A DNA stretch of 63,906 nucleotides, counting the filler, from Collodictyon triciliatum (taxonomy: Eukaryota), in the NCBI GenBank assembly GCA_043381765.1. It is 7 parts of 7 records of this genome, joined end to end, with 100 filler letters (N's around TTAATTAATTAA, not from the genome) between each part and the next. Parts side by side here need not be neighbours in the genome. Positions count along the whole stretch, not along the records: positions 55,212 to 58,195 come from JBHJMP010000872.1; positions 58,296 to 63,906 come from JBHJMP010000881.1; 5 more parts are not named here. One strand, written 5' to 3'. Shown here in pieces: positions 57,521 through 63,906 of the stretch (the first letter of the stretch is position 1; every line of letters starts with the position of its first letter). The notes beneath the pieces were generated by a model. That model searched no databases, had not been told where the DNA came from, and worked only from the letters and a program-made list of their open reading frames with translations. Both the position numbers and the translations under genes were made by a program.

Positions 57521-58353
57521 ACAGACAAGGCGTTAGGGCTTTTGGAGAATAATTTGACCTATGGCAGAAGATTCAGTGAAATCAACCAAGGTTAATACAG
57601 TACATATGCATATAAATCAATATATGTCACGAATTATTCATACATGAGACAGAAATAATAATATTTAATAACATTGCATCTATATCTATTATTTTCCACA
57701 TTTGATATTTGACGATTATTCGCCTTTCTAATGGACACCCCAATTTTCATATTTTTTTGAATGCTTTTTCTTTCGCTGAAGATGCGTCTGATGTCCATCG
57801 TTTTTGCGCTTTATAAGCGGGCATTTGTCTTTTGACGAAGGCGCAAACAAGAGGCTTCGTTCACGCTGTGGTGTGTGTTGGATCATTTGTCAGCCCGAAA
57901 GCCCATCACGTGGTTTCGGAGTGTGTCTTTCCTCATCTGGGCTCCTCATCCCTCTCCCCGCACCCAAATCCTCGCAGATCAGTGCGTACCCAATAGAGAA
58001 GACGATTCTATATAAATATAAGGGATGGAGTAAAAAACAATAAAAAACAATAAAAAACAATAAAAAACAATAAAAAACAATAAAAAACAATAAAAAAACA
58101 ATAAAAAACAATAAAAAACAATAAAAAACAATAAAAAACAATAAAAAACAATAAAAAAGACAATAAACATTACAAAAAACAATAAAAAAACAATANNNNN
58201 NNNNNNNNNNNNNNNNNNNNNNNNNNNNNNNNNNNNNNNTTAATTAATTAANNNNNNNNNNNNNNNNNNNNNNNNNNNNNNNNNNNNNNNNNNNNAAGGG
58301 CGGTCTAGAGGGGAAAGGCGAGGTTTATATGGGGTTATTTTTTTTTTTTTTGG

Positions 58354-58391
<38 letters not shown>

Positions 58392-58468
58392 GTGCGGGGG
58401 AAAAAGAAAACTGCTTTGTTTCTAATCAAGGCTCTCTTCACACCTGTGTTTACGCACAGAGCTGAAGA

Positions 58469-63906
<5,438 letters not shown>

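Overview
Eukaryotic (protist-like) nuclear scaffold: AT-rich, gene-dense, very intron-rich (mostly ~100-300 nt GT-AG introns, several GC-AG), standard genetic code, with many microsatellites. It has six artificial N-TTAATTAATTAA-N contig linkers and two plain N gaps. Splicing exons by hand gives 15 protein genes: EF-hand protein with an unusual C-terminal domain, intronless duplicated multipass membrane protein, trypsin-like protease, OHA-domain protein, LRR-Roc-COR-PH Roco protein, myristoylated PLC-like pseudoenzyme, CASC3/Barentsz, Rad16-like SNF2/RING helicase, ACT-domain STY-like kinase, equilibrative nucleoside transporter, glucose-6-phosphate isomerase, Rrp41, casein kinase 1, p23 and methylmalonyl-CoA mutase. 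There is also one intron-containing tRNA-Tyr. Most notable: (1) a family of tiny intronic retroposon-like inserts with clear target-site duplications; (2) a Roco LRR region built from alternating G-skewed and C-skewed codon blocks with a 100/103-identical internal copy; (3) a PLC lacking both catalytic histidines; (4) an orphan structured RNA candidate with an Sm-like site; (5) unusually relaxed splice signals. Exon boundaries and family assignments come from manual reading and motif recall; no database searches were run.
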